64,000 bases of DNA from Candidatus Algichlamydia australiensis (GTDB lineage Bacteria > Chlamydiota > Chlamydiia > Chlamydiales > JAJFMI01). Numbering within the stretch: the stretch's first letter is position 1; each line of letters starts with the position of its first letter. A program made the position numbers and the translations under genes. Below, piece by piece: positions 8,327-18,310 of this stretch. The stretch lies in contig JAXCHI010000003.1 of assembly GCA_033977065.1 (NCBI GenBank), positions 256,001-320,000 of the forward strand, given 5' to 3'. The notes beneath the pieces are model-generated. The model was not told where the DNA came from, ran no database searches, and was given only the letters and a program-made list of their open reading frames with translations.

Positions 8327-9094
8327 TCACTCCCGGTCTTCGATATTAAAGATATCCTTCATCATCTGGGAGAAGACTTCACGACCTTCAACGGCAATCG
8401 ATTCTGTAAGAGGAATTTTTTTAGGGCAGACTTGAACACAATTTTGTGCATTGCCACACTCGCTTATGCCCCCTTCGCCCATCAAGCTCTTAAGTCGCTC
8501 GCGCTTGGCGCCTTGTCCATTGGGATTGAGGTTGAATAGACGCACTTGGGAGATGGGCGCAGGTCCAATAAATTTGGACTGGTCGTTGGTTTGCGGACAA
8601 GCCTCTGAGCAGCAGCCACAGGTCATGCAGGTAGAGAGGACATACATCGTCTCCTGCACATCTTGAGAAACTTTGGGCCCAAATCCTTTAATATGACTCC
8701 CATCACTCTCAATCCAAGAGTGGGTTTTTTTCAGATTTTCAAACATTTTTGTCCGGTCAACAACCAAATCGCGAATCAAAGGAAACTTTGTAAAAGGTGC
8801 TAGAACAATTTCATTGGAACCCGTCGCTTTTAAAATAGGATCAACAATGGCGGTGCAAGATTGGCGCGGTCGCCCGTTGATAAGCATAGAGCAAGAGCCG
8901 CAGACCTCCTCAAGACATCCCTGCTCCCAAACAACAGGCTCTACTCGCTCGCCCTTGCGATTAACCGGCTCTTTTTGAATCTCCATTAGAGCAGAAATCA
9001 CGTTGAGAAAGGGCTTGCGCTCAAGCTCAAACTCCTCCCAGTACTGTTTGCCAGGAGTGCCGCGAAAAACTTTGAGGATAAAACTATTTTCCAT
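8327..9094 (-). CDS. sdhB: Succinate dehydrogenase iron-sulfur subunit
   Basis: CLEEVCGSC, CMTCGCCSEACP and CGNAQNCVQVCP clusters; likely start ATG 9094 (MENSFILK), just after the sdhA stop. Confidence 0.97.
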   Translation of the reverse strand: MENSFILKVFRGTPGKQYWEEFELERKPFLNVISALMEIQKEPVNRKGERVEPVVWEQGCLEEVCGSCSMLINGRPRQSCTAIVDPILKATGSNEIVLAPFTKFPLIRDLVVDRTKMFENLKKTHSWIESDGSHIKGFGPKVSQDVQETMYVLSTCMTCGCCSEACPQTNDQSKFIGPAPISQVRLFNLNPNGQGAKRERLKSLMGEGGISECGNAQNCVQVCPKKIPLTESIAVEGREVFSQMMKDIFNIEDRE

Positions 9095-9095
9095 C

Positions 9096-10979
9096 TTAAA
9101 TTGGCAGCTTGATGTTACTCGGAACATCTTTAAGCTGCGGCTTGACCTTCTTTGTCTTCGAATAATCTCGTAATATCGGGTCTAAGTGGCGAATGTCAAC
9201 CTTCCCGTAGGAAATTTGCGGCCCTTCAGGGGCGTAGGTAGCAAGAGTGGTTTTGAGCCAATTCTCATCATCGCGCTCAGGAAATTCTGGTTTGAAGTGA
9301 GCGCCGCGAAACTCATTGCGCTCGAGTGCGCCTTTGGTCATTACAAGGGCGAGCTCTAGCATCGGCTCAAACTGCCTAGCAAAGATATACGTCTGGTTGT
9401 GCGCGTCTGTTGTATCATCTAGTTTGATTTTTTTGGCTCGCTCGCGCAGCTCCAAGATCCTGTTGTAGGTCATCTCTAAATCTTTGTTATTGCGCTTAAC
9501 CGTCACATTACCAATCATCAGATCAGCCAGTTCATCATGCAGAGCGTGTACGTTCTCTGGACCATTTCGAGAGATCATCTCTTTTTTGGCCGCTTTTTCG
9601 GCACTTAACGCCTCTTCGTAGTGGCTCTCACCTAACTCTTCAAATCCTCTTTCAAGACTCTCTACATAGCGCGGCACCTCCACACCCGCTACAAGCCCCC
9701 CAAAAATACAGGAGAGAAGCGAGTTGGCACCCAAACGATTAGCGCCGTGAAACTGGTGGTCCGATTCACCGATGTTGAAGCAGCCAGGGATGTTGGTCAT
9801 CTGGCGATAGCGCTCCATACGGTCGGGATCATCTGCAGAGGGCCAGTCGACCCAACCACCGCCCATCGAATAGTGCATACCTGGGAAGATACGCATTGGG
9901 GTCTCGCGTGGATCTTCACCTGTGAATTTGCGATAAATTTCTAGAACAGACTCCAGTTTATGCAGAGTAGCTTCTGGAAGATGGGTTACATCAAGATAGA
10001 CCTGATTTTTGCCATCAATGCCCATTCCCAGCTCACAAACACGCAAAATTTCGCGTGCGGCAATATCGCGAGGAACAAGATTTCCAATTGCTGGGTAGAG
10101 CTCCTCAAAGAAAAACCACGGCTCTCCCGTCTTGCCACAAGGAATGCTTTTACCATCAGGTGTAGTAATTGATTTGCCCTCATCCCCATAAACCCAGACT
10201 CTGCCTCCCTCACCGCGAATCGACTCCGACATCAGCCGCAACTTGTCGTGTCCAGGAATCGATGTGGGGTGAATTTGAATGAACTCGCCATTCGCATATT
10301 GCATTCCTTGCATGTAGAGCCGCCCGTTAGCTGCTCCTGTACAAAAGGTAGAGTTTGTTGAGCGCTTAAACACCATCCCAGGACCACCTGTCGCAATGAC
10401 TACAGCGTCTGCCTTGAGAATTTCTGGCTGCATGGTGAAAAGATTTTGCACCACAATTCCCCGGGCGCGCCCCTCGCTATCCTTTACAAGACTCATGAAT
10501 TCGTAAAACTCAAATTTTTCGATGAGTCCCGCTACCTCATGACGGCGCACCTGCTCATCTAGAGCGTAAAGCAGCTGCTGGCCTGTCGAGGCGCCACAAA
10601 AAGCCGTGCGGTTGTAAAGCGTGCCGCCAAAACGGCGAAAGTCAATATTTCCTTCAGGAGTACGATTGAAGGGACAACCAAAGCGATCGAGCATCATAAT
10701 GATCTCAGGAGCGCAGAGGCACATCTCTAAAATGGGCGGCTGGTCAGCGAGAAAATCGCCCCCCTTAATTGTGTCATAGGCGTGAATCTCCGGAGAGTCA
10801 TCTTCCCCTTTTAAATTGATCGCAGCATTGATTCCGCCCTGAGCACAAACCGAGTGCGAGCGCTTCACTTGGGTTACAGAAACAAGCTTGACACGGCACC
10901 CCTTTTCAGCAAGACGCATGGCACACGCCAAACCTGCTAAACCTCCCCCTACAACTATGACTTCTCGCGTTTTAACCAA
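9096..10979 (-). CDS. sdhA: Succinate dehydrogenase flavoprotein subunit
   Basis: VVGGGLAG, RSHSVCAQGG (FAD histidine), QIHPT, HYSMGG, HGANRLGANSL, RGAH. Confidence 0.98.
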   Translation of the reverse strand: MVKTREVIVVGGGLAGLACAMRLAEKGCRVKLVSVTQVKRSHSVCAQGGINAAINLKGEDDSPEIHAYDTIKGGDFLADQPPILEMCLCAPEIIMMLDRFGCPFNRTPEGNIDFRRFGGTLYNRTAFCGASTGQQLLYALDEQVRRHEVAGLIEKFEFYEFMSLVKDSEGRARGIVVQNLFTMQPEILKADAVVIATGGPGMVFKRSTNSTFCTGAANGRLYMQGMQYANGEFIQIHPTSIPGHDKLRLMSESIRGEGGRVWVYGDEGKSITTPDGKSIPCGKTGEPWFFFEELYPAIGNLVPRDIAAREILRVCELGMGIDGKNQVYLDVTHLPEATLHKLESVLEIYRKFTGEDPRETPMRIFPGMHYSMGGGWVDWPSADDPDRMERYRQMTNIPGCFNIGESDHQFHGANRLGANSLLSCIFGGLVAGVEVPRYVESLERGFEELGESHYEEALSAEKAAKKEMISRNGPENVHALHDELADLMIGNVTVKRNNKDLEMTYNRILELRERAKKIKLDDTTDAHNQTYIFARQFEPMLELALVMTKGALERNEFRGAHFKPEFPERDDENWLKTTLATYAPEGPQISYGKVDIRHLDPILRDYSKTKKVKPQLKDVPSNIKLPI

Positions 10980-10986
10980 TTGATCC

Positions 10987-11934
10987 TCAATTTTTTAAAT
11001 TAATCCAATAAGTGCCCCAGACAGAGGCAAGACCTAAAAAGGCAATCAGTGCCATAATCCCATAGCAGACATTGATTGCGCGCTTCTGCGAGCGCATTTT
11101 CAACACAATTCCCCAAGTGATCATGAAAGTCCAGAGGCCATTAAACGCGTGGAAGACTGCAGCCAGGACAAAAATTGTATAAAGGGCACTCTCAATGGGA
11201 GAGCTGAACGCGTCGCGAACGGTCAAAAGGGTCGCTGTTCCAAAGTCAGGAGCAGCCGCCATTACTTGGTCAGACTCCAGCTTTTTACTCGCTAAATCCT
11301 CAACCCACTTCGCACGCAACTCTTTTTGTTGCAACTCAACACCTGCTAATCCTAAGAGATCTTGTGGACTTATCTCTTTTTGCAGAGCAGCTATTTGCTC
11401 AGATGTAAAAAGCTTAACGCCAAGACGATCCGCAACAGTAGGCAGGCCGGGATCATCATTTAACCGCACAAAATAACTCTTTTGAATCCCCTCATCAAAA
11501 ATCACCGGATAGCGGTAAAAACGCATGTAGCCCACATGAGCAATGATCCCAAAAAGCAAAATCCACGAAGTAATCCTTTGCCAGGTATAGGCGCGATTGC
11601 GACCATACTCAGGAAGGGAAGGTTTCGTATTGTCCCCCACCCGATTATTGCTCTTGGCTGTAAAAATATAGCGAATCCCCCAAAAAGCGTGCATCGCAAT
11701 AGGAATTGCTAGCAAACCAATCTCTATGAAAGGTAGATAGGGCAGATTTTTGATGAAATTGACCGCATGAATAAACCCCTCCCCATTATCACCTATTAAA
11801 AGTGCTGATTGTGAGTTAGTTACAATGTGCTCTAGCAAGAAGATCACAAGCCAGAGCCCTAGCAGAGAGTGGATCCGGCGCCAGAAAAACTGCCGATTTA
11901 GGCGCTCATTTTTCGCTTTCATTCCTCGGATCAT
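10987..11934 (-). CDS. sdhC: Succinate dehydrogenase cytochrome b558 subunit
   Basis: RRIHSLLG, HAFWG, WQRIT, FHAFNGLWTF..WG motifs; operon position. Start could be the second Met. Confidence 0.93.
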   Translation of the reverse strand: MIRGMKAKNERLNRQFFWRRIHSLLGLWLVIFLLEHIVTNSQSALLIGDNGEGFIHAVNFIKNLPYLPFIEIGLLAIPIAMHAFWGIRYIFTAKSNNRVGDNTKPSLPEYGRNRAYTWQRITSWILLFGIIAHVGYMRFYRYPVIFDEGIQKSYFVRLNDDPGLPTVADRLGVKLFTSEQIAALQKEISPQDLLGLAGVELQQKELRAKWVEDLASKKLESDQVMAAAPDFGTATLLTVRDAFSSPIESALYTIFVLAAVFHAFNGLWTFMITWGIVLKMRSQKRAINVCYGIMALIAFLGLASVWGTYWINLKN

Positions 11935-12075
11935 ACCTTTTTTCGAAAAAAAAGCTAATCTTATTCAAAAAAAATCTCTTAAGTCGTTGACTCTGAGTAT
12001 ATAAAAATTATTTGACAAAGATTATAATAAAACCTTAACATTAGATTAGTTAAAAATTAATGAAAGGAAAAAATT

Positions 12076-12759
12076 ATGGCAGAGACATTTGTAAGTACCC
12101 CTCCATCAAACAGAGACCCACTACAATTCCGAACAGTAGTAGATAAGATTCAACCAACCGAAGTATCTACAAAAGAAAAAGCCGCAGAGCTTGGAAAAGA
12201 GATTGTCAAGACAGGCGGCAGCCTCGCAGGAAAAAAGAGCGTGCAAGCGACTGTGATCACAGCAGGCCTCCTCACAGGAAGCGCACTTATTGGAAGCGCT
12301 GTGGCAGTTGCAACACTTCTTTCTTCACCCGCATTTATCCTCATACTTCTCCCCGGCTTGATTACAACAGGCATTGGGTTAAGTCTTTTGGATATTTCAG
12401 TTGTTACGCAAATAGGAAAGCATCTATCAAACAGAGCTCCTGAATCTACTAAAGAGGTTGCAGATCTTTCTGAAGAGTCAGACTTATTTAGTATTGAAGA
12501 TGTCGAAGATGTTGAAGATGATTTTCCAGACTTTGAGGATGATTTTAACGTAATCAGTACAGCAGCTGCAAAGATTAAAGATGGGAAAAATGACCTGCAA
12601 GAAGTTTTTCCAAGCCATCTTAGTTTCGATTTATTTGATGTAAACGAACCTGTTGAAGAGCGAACAACTCTTTTGGATCTTGTCGATCAAGATAAGCAGA
12701 GCCTTCTATACCGCGAGATGAAAATACGCGGTGCAGTGCACTTTACCGAACGAGTTTAA
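12076..12759 (+). CDS. Putative inclusion membrane (Inc-like) protein
   Basis: About 50-aa bilobed hydrophobic domain (VITAGLLTGSALIGSAVAVATLLSSPAFILILLPGLITTGIGLSLL), S/T/P-rich N-terminus, acidic D/E/F-rich C-terminus; SD AGGA. Confidence 0.65.
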   Translation: MAETFVSTPPSNRDPLQFRTVVDKIQPTEVSTKEKAAELGKEIVKTGGSLAGKKSVQATVITAGLLTGSALIGSAVAVATLLSSPAFILILLPGLITTGIGLSLLDISVVTQIGKHLSNRAPESTKEVADLSEESDLFSIEDVEDVEDDFPDFEDDFNVISTAAAKIKDGKNDLQEVFPSHLSFDLFDVNEPVEERTTLLDLVDQDKQSLLYREMKIRGAVHFTERV

Positions 12760-13516
12760 AAAATTGAGAGGCATTCTCGTAAGTTGCCTGAGATGCTTCC
12801 GTAAGTGAGATCTCTTTGAGATCCGCAATACATTGGCATGTTTCTAGCACAAAGGCAGGCTCATTGGGTCTGCCTCTCCTTTTTTGGGGAGCCAAGTAAG
12901 GCGTGTCTGTCTCAATCACAATATGTGAAAGAGGAACTTTGCGAAAGACTTCGCGCAATGCTTCCGATTTCTTAAAAGTAATGATTCCACTGGCAGAAAT
13001 AGGCCAGTTGCGATCCAAAGCCTTTTTTGCCTCCTCCCAGGTTCCTGTAAAACAGTGCATTAAGCAGGGGGCGGGCGCTCCTTTTTCACGATACTCATTG
13101 TCTGCTATCTCAAAAAGATCTGCAAACGCATCGCGACAGTGGATGATTGTGGGTAATTTTGTCTCCAAAGCAAGATGGAAGTAGCGAGTTAAAAATTTTT
13201 TCTGCAGGGCGCGATTGGAATGCTCGTAGAAATAGTCTAAGCCCGTTTCGCCAATGGCAATAAGTTTTCCTTCCTTAGCAGCTTTTTCAAAGTGGGGAAA
13301 ATCTTTTTCACCGAGCTCCTCCACATCGTGAGGTGTGGTGGCCCCCGCCTGATAAATCCACTCTTCGCTCATCCTAAGGCCCCGGTTGAGCGTCTCCTCA
13401 TCGGTGCAGATATTTACAATTTTTTCTACGCCTGTCTGCTTAGCGCGTTTTAAAATTTCTGGTAACTTGTCGTAGGTATCGCCCCAAGTTAAGTGAGCGT
13501 GTGTATCAAAAAGCAT
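12743..13516 (-). CDS. tatD: TatD-family DNase
   Basis: DTHAHL, AIGETGLD, IIHCRDA, HCFTG, ETDTPYLAP, NEP. Confidence 0.95.
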   Translation of the reverse strand: MLFDTHAHLTWGDTYDKLPEILKRAKQTGVEKIVNICTDEETLNRGLRMSEEWIYQAGATTPHDVEELGEKDFPHFEKAAKEGKLIAIGETGLDYFYEHSNRALQKKFLTRYFHLALETKLPTIIHCRDAFADLFEIADNEYREKGAPAPCLMHCFTGTWEEAKKALDRNWPISASGIITFKKSEALREVFRKVPLSHIVIETDTPYLAPQKRRGRPNEPAFVLETCQCIADLKEISLTEASQATYENASQFFKLVR

Positions 13517-13535
13517 ATGGCGATTATCTCAAAAT

Positions 13536-14267
13536 GTGACTACAATGCCAAGCATGAACTCACTTCATTTAATCATGAGCGCCTACCGCGAAAGCGACGG
13601 CTTTGGGAAATTGATTTTTTTCTCCCTCTTTGGCCTCTCCGTTTTAAGCTGGGCCGTTTTGATCCACAAAGCTTTAGTTTTAAGAAAAGTGGAACAGGGG
13701 CGAGAGGGCGCGCGCCAAAGAATCATTACGCAAAAAGAGCGATTGCTTGATATCACACTAGGAGCAATGGGACCTGAGCTCCCCTCTCCTTTTGTTGCGA
13801 TTTTTCACTCTTTGAAAAGCAAAACCAAAGAGGTTTTAGAGAAAAACCATTTTTTTAAGAAGGGAGAAGATGACCCCGTCTATCTCTCCCGCTCCGACAT
13901 GGAGCTAATTGAGGGTTCAGTACAAAATTCACTTGCGGCTGAGACCAAACAGTTAGAAAAAAACCTCTTCATCCTCTCTACGATTGTGACTGTGGCCCCA
14001 TTTCTAGGGCTTTTGGGAACTGTTTGGGGGATTTTGCTCACCTTTGCCGGTTTGCAACAGGGATCCAGTTTTGCTTCCTCGCAGCTCATTATGGGCGGTC
14101 TCTCAACAGCCCTTGCCACGACCGTTTTGGGTCTTGTAATCGCCATTCCCGCTCTTATCGGCTACAACTATTTGAAAAATCGCATACGCGAGCTGCATGG
14201 TGAAATGGAAGAGTTTGGCGCGGAGCTTGTGGGGACTGTTGAACTGCAATATCGCAAGGTAGAGTAA
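13536..14267 (+). CDS. tolQ: TolQ (MotA/TolQ/ExbB family)
   Basis: APFLGLLGTVWGI, ALATTVLGLVIAIPA; upstream of tolR/tolB/pal. Confidence 0.92.
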   Translation: MTTMPSMNSLHLIMSAYRESDGFGKLIFFSLFGLSVLSWAVLIHKALVLRKVEQGREGARQRIITQKERLLDITLGAMGPELPSPFVAIFHSLKSKTKEVLEKNHFFKKGEDDPVYLSRSDMELIEGSVQNSLAAETKQLEKNLFILSTIVTVAPFLGLLGTVWGILLTFAGLQQGSSFASSQLIMGGLSTALATTVLGLVIAIPALIGYNYLKNRIRELHGEMEEFGAELVGTVELQYRKVE

Positions 14268-14689
14268 TGTTTAGGCGTGGTAAATTTCGCAGCTCCTCAA
14301 GCGCACTCGAGGAGAACCTCATCAACCTTACTCCTTTAATTGACGTGGTTTTTGTCATCCTTATTGTCTTTATTTTAGTCGCCCCCATGCTAGACACTGA
14401 TCAAATTGAACTACCAGGATCAGGAGCGGCCACTAAAACTATATCGGGCCATGAGAGCATCCCTGTAAAAATTATGGTGAACCAGAAAGATGAAATCACA
14501 TTGAATGGACAGCGCGTCACACTGCGTGAACTCAAACACAGAATGCGCGATCTCTATCTAGAACACCCCAATGAAAAACCGCACCTATTCCAGGATCGCA
14601 AGGCACACTTTGGCATCTACCAAGAAGTAAAAAACTCTGTTGAAGAGAGCGGCTTTTCGCAGATGGAAGTTGTATTAAAGAAAGAATGA
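14267..14689 (+). CDS. tolR: TolR (ExbD/TolR family)
   Basis: INLTPLIDVVFVILIVFILVAP. Confidence 0.92.
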   Translation: MFRRGKFRSSSSALEENLINLTPLIDVVFVILIVFILVAPMLDTDQIELPGSGAATKTISGHESIPVKIMVNQKDEITLNGQRVTLRELKHRMRDLYLEHPNEKPHLFQDRKAHFGIYQEVKNSVEESGFSQMEVVLKKE

Positions 14690-15276
14690 AAAAAATTCTC
14701 TATGTTACGGCTGGTTTTCACCTCTTTTTGCTTCTCTTGCTTGTACTTAGCTACCGCACTCCAAAAAAAGTAGAGCCTGAACCTCTTCTTGTGCAAACAG
14801 TACAACTCAAACCTCCCCCTCCTCCGCCAAAACCAAAGCCAAAAGTTGTGAAAAAAGTAGCTCGCAAAGCCCCTATCCAAAAAAAAGCAGCGATTAAAAA
14901 AAAGAGAACACCGTCTCCGCAGCCAAAGGCAAAAAAAATTTTAGAAGAGCTTGATCAAAGTTTTGCTAAAATCAAAAGCACTTCTTCTTCTCTTCCCACC
15001 CCAAAAAAAATTGAAATTGCAAAATCCAAACCAAAACTCAAAGAAGTTCTTATGGGTATTTTGCAGCGCGAGCTCATCTTGCCAGAAATGGGAAAAGTGC
15101 AAGTGCGTTTACGTGTTGATCAAGAGGGAAAAATTTCCATTCAAGAATTTTTACTTATCGAGAGCGAAGCCAACCGCAACTACATTGAAAAAAAGCTGGC
15201 ATCAATCACCCTTCCCTCTTTTGAAAAAAGAGAAGATTCCTATATCCTTACTTTCACAAACAGAGACAACTCATGA
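14686..15276 (+). CDS. TolA/TonB-like energy transducer
   Basis: N-terminal TM with His (GFHLFLL), Pro/Lys-rich linker, TonB-C-like end; lies between tolR and tolB. Confidence 0.75.
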   Translation: MKKILYVTAGFHLFLLLLLVLSYRTPKKVEPEPLLVQTVQLKPPPPPPKPKPKVVKKVARKAPIQKKAAIKKKRTPSPQPKAKKILEELDQSFAKIKSTSSSLPTPKKIEIAKSKPKLKEVLMGILQRELILPEMGKVQVRLRVDQEGKISIQEFLLIESEANRNYIEKKLASITLPSFEKREDSYILTFTNRDNS

Positions 15277-16541
15277 AACTTTTTCTCCTTCTACTACCCT
15301 TTGCATTGATTTTTTCTGCTGAAGACCTAGTTGTTGAGCTCAGCACACACTCTAATTTAAAACCTCTCTACGTAGAGAAAATTTTAAAAAAAACGACCCC
15401 ACTTACTTCTGAATATTTAGAGACTCTACACGATATTTTCGTCTCTGATTTTGCAATCGGAGGCCGGGCACGTGTGAGCAGCAACCGCGAGGGAGCACAG
15501 CTTAAAACTGAAGTTATCGGCAACAAACTCTCCGCAACGCTATACGATCGGCCTGGCCACGTAAGAAAAAACTATAAAAACATCCACCTTACAGGGAGTA
15601 TCAACCAAGATCGCCGCACCATTCACATGCTAAGCGATACTATTCATAGCCTTCTTTTTGGAGAGAAGAGCATCGCTTCTCTACGCCTCTTTTTTGCTAA
15701 GAGAATGCCAGGTCCCGACGGCTATACCTCAGAAATTTGGGAGTGCGATAGCGACGGCACCAACATGCGCCAAATTACAAATGAGGGAAACTATGCTATC
15801 ACCCCCACCTACCTTCCTAGTGATGGCTCCTCTCCTGAACAACTCCTTTACGTCTCTTACAAACTGGGCCCCCCAAAAATTTTCTCCACACCACTCACCC
15901 ACTTTGCTCCCAAGCAGGCCATCTCCCTTCGGGGCAACCAACTCCTGCCCACCTTTTCGAAAACAGCCAAAATGATCGCTTTTATTTCAGATGCGAGCGG
16001 ACGAGCAGATCTTTTCCTGCAAATTTTTGAACAGGGACGCGGAAGCGTTGGCAAGCCGCGACAACTCTACTCAGTTTCGGGCTCTGTTCAAGCCTCTTCC
16101 TGTTTCAGCCCCGACGGGTCAAAAATTGCTTTTGTCTCTGATAAAGAGGGAACCCCTAAAATTTATTTAATTGATCTAACAACTCTAAAAAGTGGTCACC
16201 GCCCTTCAGCTACATGCATTACAAAAAAATTTCGCGAAAATACAGGTCCAAGCTTTAGCCCTGATGGAAAAAAAATTGCCTACAGCGCTAAAATAGATGG
16301 TGTGAGACAGATCTGTGTCTATGACAGACACACAAAAGAGGAAAAAGTTCTCACAAAAGGAGCAAAACACAAAGAAAATCCTTGCTTTGCGCCCAACTCT
16401 CTTCATATTATCTATAATACAACCGGAGAAAGATCGGGAGGTGGAACTGCAGAGCTTTTCCTTCTCAATTTGAACAATCCTACACCTGTACAGATTACAG
16501 GCGGGCCCGGAAAAAAACACTACCCAACATGGGGCGCATAA
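15273..16541 (+). CDS. tolB: TolB beta-propeller protein
   Basis: Signal peptide; repeated PxFSPDGxKIA(F/Y) PD40 blades; PTW C-terminus. Confidence 0.95.
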   Translation: MKLFLLLLPFALIFSAEDLVVELSTHSNLKPLYVEKILKKTTPLTSEYLETLHDIFVSDFAIGGRARVSSNREGAQLKTEVIGNKLSATLYDRPGHVRKNYKNIHLTGSINQDRRTIHMLSDTIHSLLFGEKSIASLRLFFAKRMPGPDGYTSEIWECDSDGTNMRQITNEGNYAITPTYLPSDGSSPEQLLYVSYKLGPPKIFSTPLTHFAPKQAISLRGNQLLPTFSKTAKMIAFISDASGRADLFLQIFEQGRGSVGKPRQLYSVSGSVQASSCFSPDGSKIAFVSDKEGTPKIYLIDLTTLKSGHRPSATCITKKFRENTGPSFSPDGKKIAYSAKIDGVRQICVYDRHTKEEKVLTKGAKHKENPCFAPNSLHIIYNTTGERSGGGTAELFLLNLNNPTPVQITGGPGKKHYPTWGA

Positions 16542-16544
16542 CGT

Positions 16545-17225
16545 ATGAATAAAAAAATTCTTTTTCTCTCTTTTCTCATCTGTTTTGGTTGCAGTCGCAA
16601 TGGAAATGATTCTGTTTGGGACGAGCAGACCACTACTACCCACTACCTTGAAAAGGCAAAGAATTTCTTTAAGCGCCCAAAAAATGATTCAAAGCTTGTA
16701 AACAGTGAAGATGAATTTTTTGGTCGTGAGGAAGAATTTATTCCTCTTCGTGATGAGGATCTACGCGCGCAATCAGGCAACTTTGCCTACACTCAAGCTG
16801 ATCCACCAACCGTTTCTGGGAAGGTCCCAGGGCTTGCAGGGTTTAAAAAACCTACAGGCGACATGGGCGCTCTCTTTAAAACAGTCTATTTTAACACTGA
16901 CAACCACACACTCAGCCGTGATGAGTATTTTGGTACGCTGCGCAACATTGCACGGCAAGTAAAGTCCCAGCCCAACCTCTACGTCTTTGTTGAGGGACAT
17001 TGCGATGAGCGCGCTTCAGAATCATACAATTTGGCTCTAGGAACACGCCGCGCCAACTACGTACGAACCCAACTTATCAAAGCAGGGGTCCCACAAAACC
17101 GCGTTTTCACAGTTTCTTTTGGTAAAGAGAAACCTGCAGTGCCCGGGCACGACCGCGTAGCATGGGCCAAAAACCGCCGCTGTGAATTTAAAATTTATGA
17201 AAAACCTACACTGGTACAAAACTAA
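16545..17225 (+). CDS. pal: Peptidoglycan-associated lipoprotein
   Basis: Lipobox CFGC; EGHCDERASESYNLALGTRRA; SFGKEKP; NRR. Confidence 0.95.
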   Translation: MNKKILFLSFLICFGCSRNGNDSVWDEQTTTTHYLEKAKNFFKRPKNDSKLVNSEDEFFGREEEFIPLRDEDLRAQSGNFAYTQADPPTVSGKVPGLAGFKKPTGDMGALFKTVYFNTDNHTLSRDEYFGTLRNIARQVKSQPNLYVFVEGHCDERASESYNLALGTRRANYVRTQLIKAGVPQNRVFTVSFGKEKPAVPGHDRVAWAKNRRCEFKIYEKPTLVQN

Positions 17226-17888
17226 ATGAAAAAGAAACTGACCCACTTTTTTCCACTAATTCTTCTTATTTTGCCTTCGTGCGCCGCCTTAAACTCTTCA
17301 CCGAAAGAGGAGAAGCATCAACTAGAGTTGACCCTTACAAAGCTACGCAGCGACATTGAAGAACTTCGTACAGAACTCAACTCCTCGGAGATGAAACAGC
17401 ATATCTTGGAAGGGAAGATCACCAACCAAGAGAGCCAACTCTCCTCCATTCGTCAAAATCAGCTTGAGCCGCAAAAAGCGGAAATTGAGCAACTATCAAC
17501 AGACCTGAATACAGTAGAAAAGCAACTTTCAGGACAAATCAAAAAGCAAGAAGAGGCGATCAGCGATATTCGCCAGCTCACCCTTCATGCTAATGAGACA
17601 ACAAGCGCCCTTACGCAATACAAAGAAAAAATTGCCGATCTAGAGCGTTCCCTCGCTGAAGTTAGCAAAATCAAAGCAAACATCAAGGAGCTGAGCAACA
17701 TAGCTCTTAATGGCTTGCCTAAAACAAGCGGCACAAAAGCCGTTGTCTACGAAGTACAAGAGGGGGACACTTTAGAGCGCATTGCCCGTCGTTTTGGCAC
17801 CTCTGCGCCTGAGATCATGGACCAAAACAGGCTCAAAGATGATCGCATCCTTGTCGGACAGAAATTGACCATCACCCTCCCATGGTAA
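17226..17888 (+). CDS. Coiled-coil LysM lipoprotein
   Basis: Lipobox LPSC, long coiled coil, C-terminal YEVQEGDTLERIARRFG...N.L....I.VGQKL LysM domain. Confidence 0.9.
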   Translation: MKKKLTHFFPLILLILPSCAALNSSPKEEKHQLELTLTKLRSDIEELRTELNSSEMKQHILEGKITNQESQLSSIRQNQLEPQKAEIEQLSTDLNTVEKQLSGQIKKQEEAISDIRQLTLHANETTSALTQYKEKIADLERSLAEVSKIKANIKELSNIALNGLPKTSGTKAVVYEVQEGDTLERIARRFGTSAPEIMDQNRLKDDRILVGQKLTITLPW

Positions 17889-17924
17889 TCAGTTACTTTA
17901 ATTTGGCGCTATCTCAATAAAAAA

Positions 17925-17965
17925 AGAGATAACGCCACTTTTACGCTACATCCGACGTTATCTCT
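17925..17965. terminator. Possible bidirectional terminator hairpin
   Basis: AGAGATAACG / CGTTATCTCT inverted repeat with A- and T-rich flanks between convergent genes; loop is long (21 nt). Confidence 0.4.
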
Positions 17966-17995
17966 CTTTCGATTCTATTTTGTGTTTAAAATTTT

Positions 17996-18151
17996 TTAAC
18001 ACGCACCTTTTGCTTCCCACAACCCAAGAATATTCTCATCCGGATCCGCAATGTAAGCGTAATAGCCCATTTCCCAACCAAAAATTTTGTAAAACTCCTT
18101 TCCCTTTTCAAGGTCTTCTAAAGGGATTTCAAAATGCACCACTCCGTTCAT
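17996..18151 (-). CDS. 51-aa VOC/glyoxalase-family mini-protein or internally deleted pseudogene
   Basis: MNGVVHFEIPLEDLEKGKEFYKIFGWEMGYYAYIADPDENILGLWEAKGAC; strong SD AAGGAGG; below the ORF-track size cutoff. Confidence 0.75.
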   Translation of the reverse strand: MNGVVHFEIPLEDLEKGKEFYKIFGWEMGYYAYIADPDENILGLWEAKGAC

Positions 18152-18310
18152 AATTCCTCCTTTTAGAATTACCTAGCAGGAAATCTTAGATCTTTATCGA
18201 ATATTAATCAAGCCTGTTATCTCACTCATATTCACAACTCTTCGAAAAAAAAAGATGAACTTTTTTTTAGATTCTGTTTCAATTGTGAGAAAACTGCTTT
18301 AGGTGTTTCT

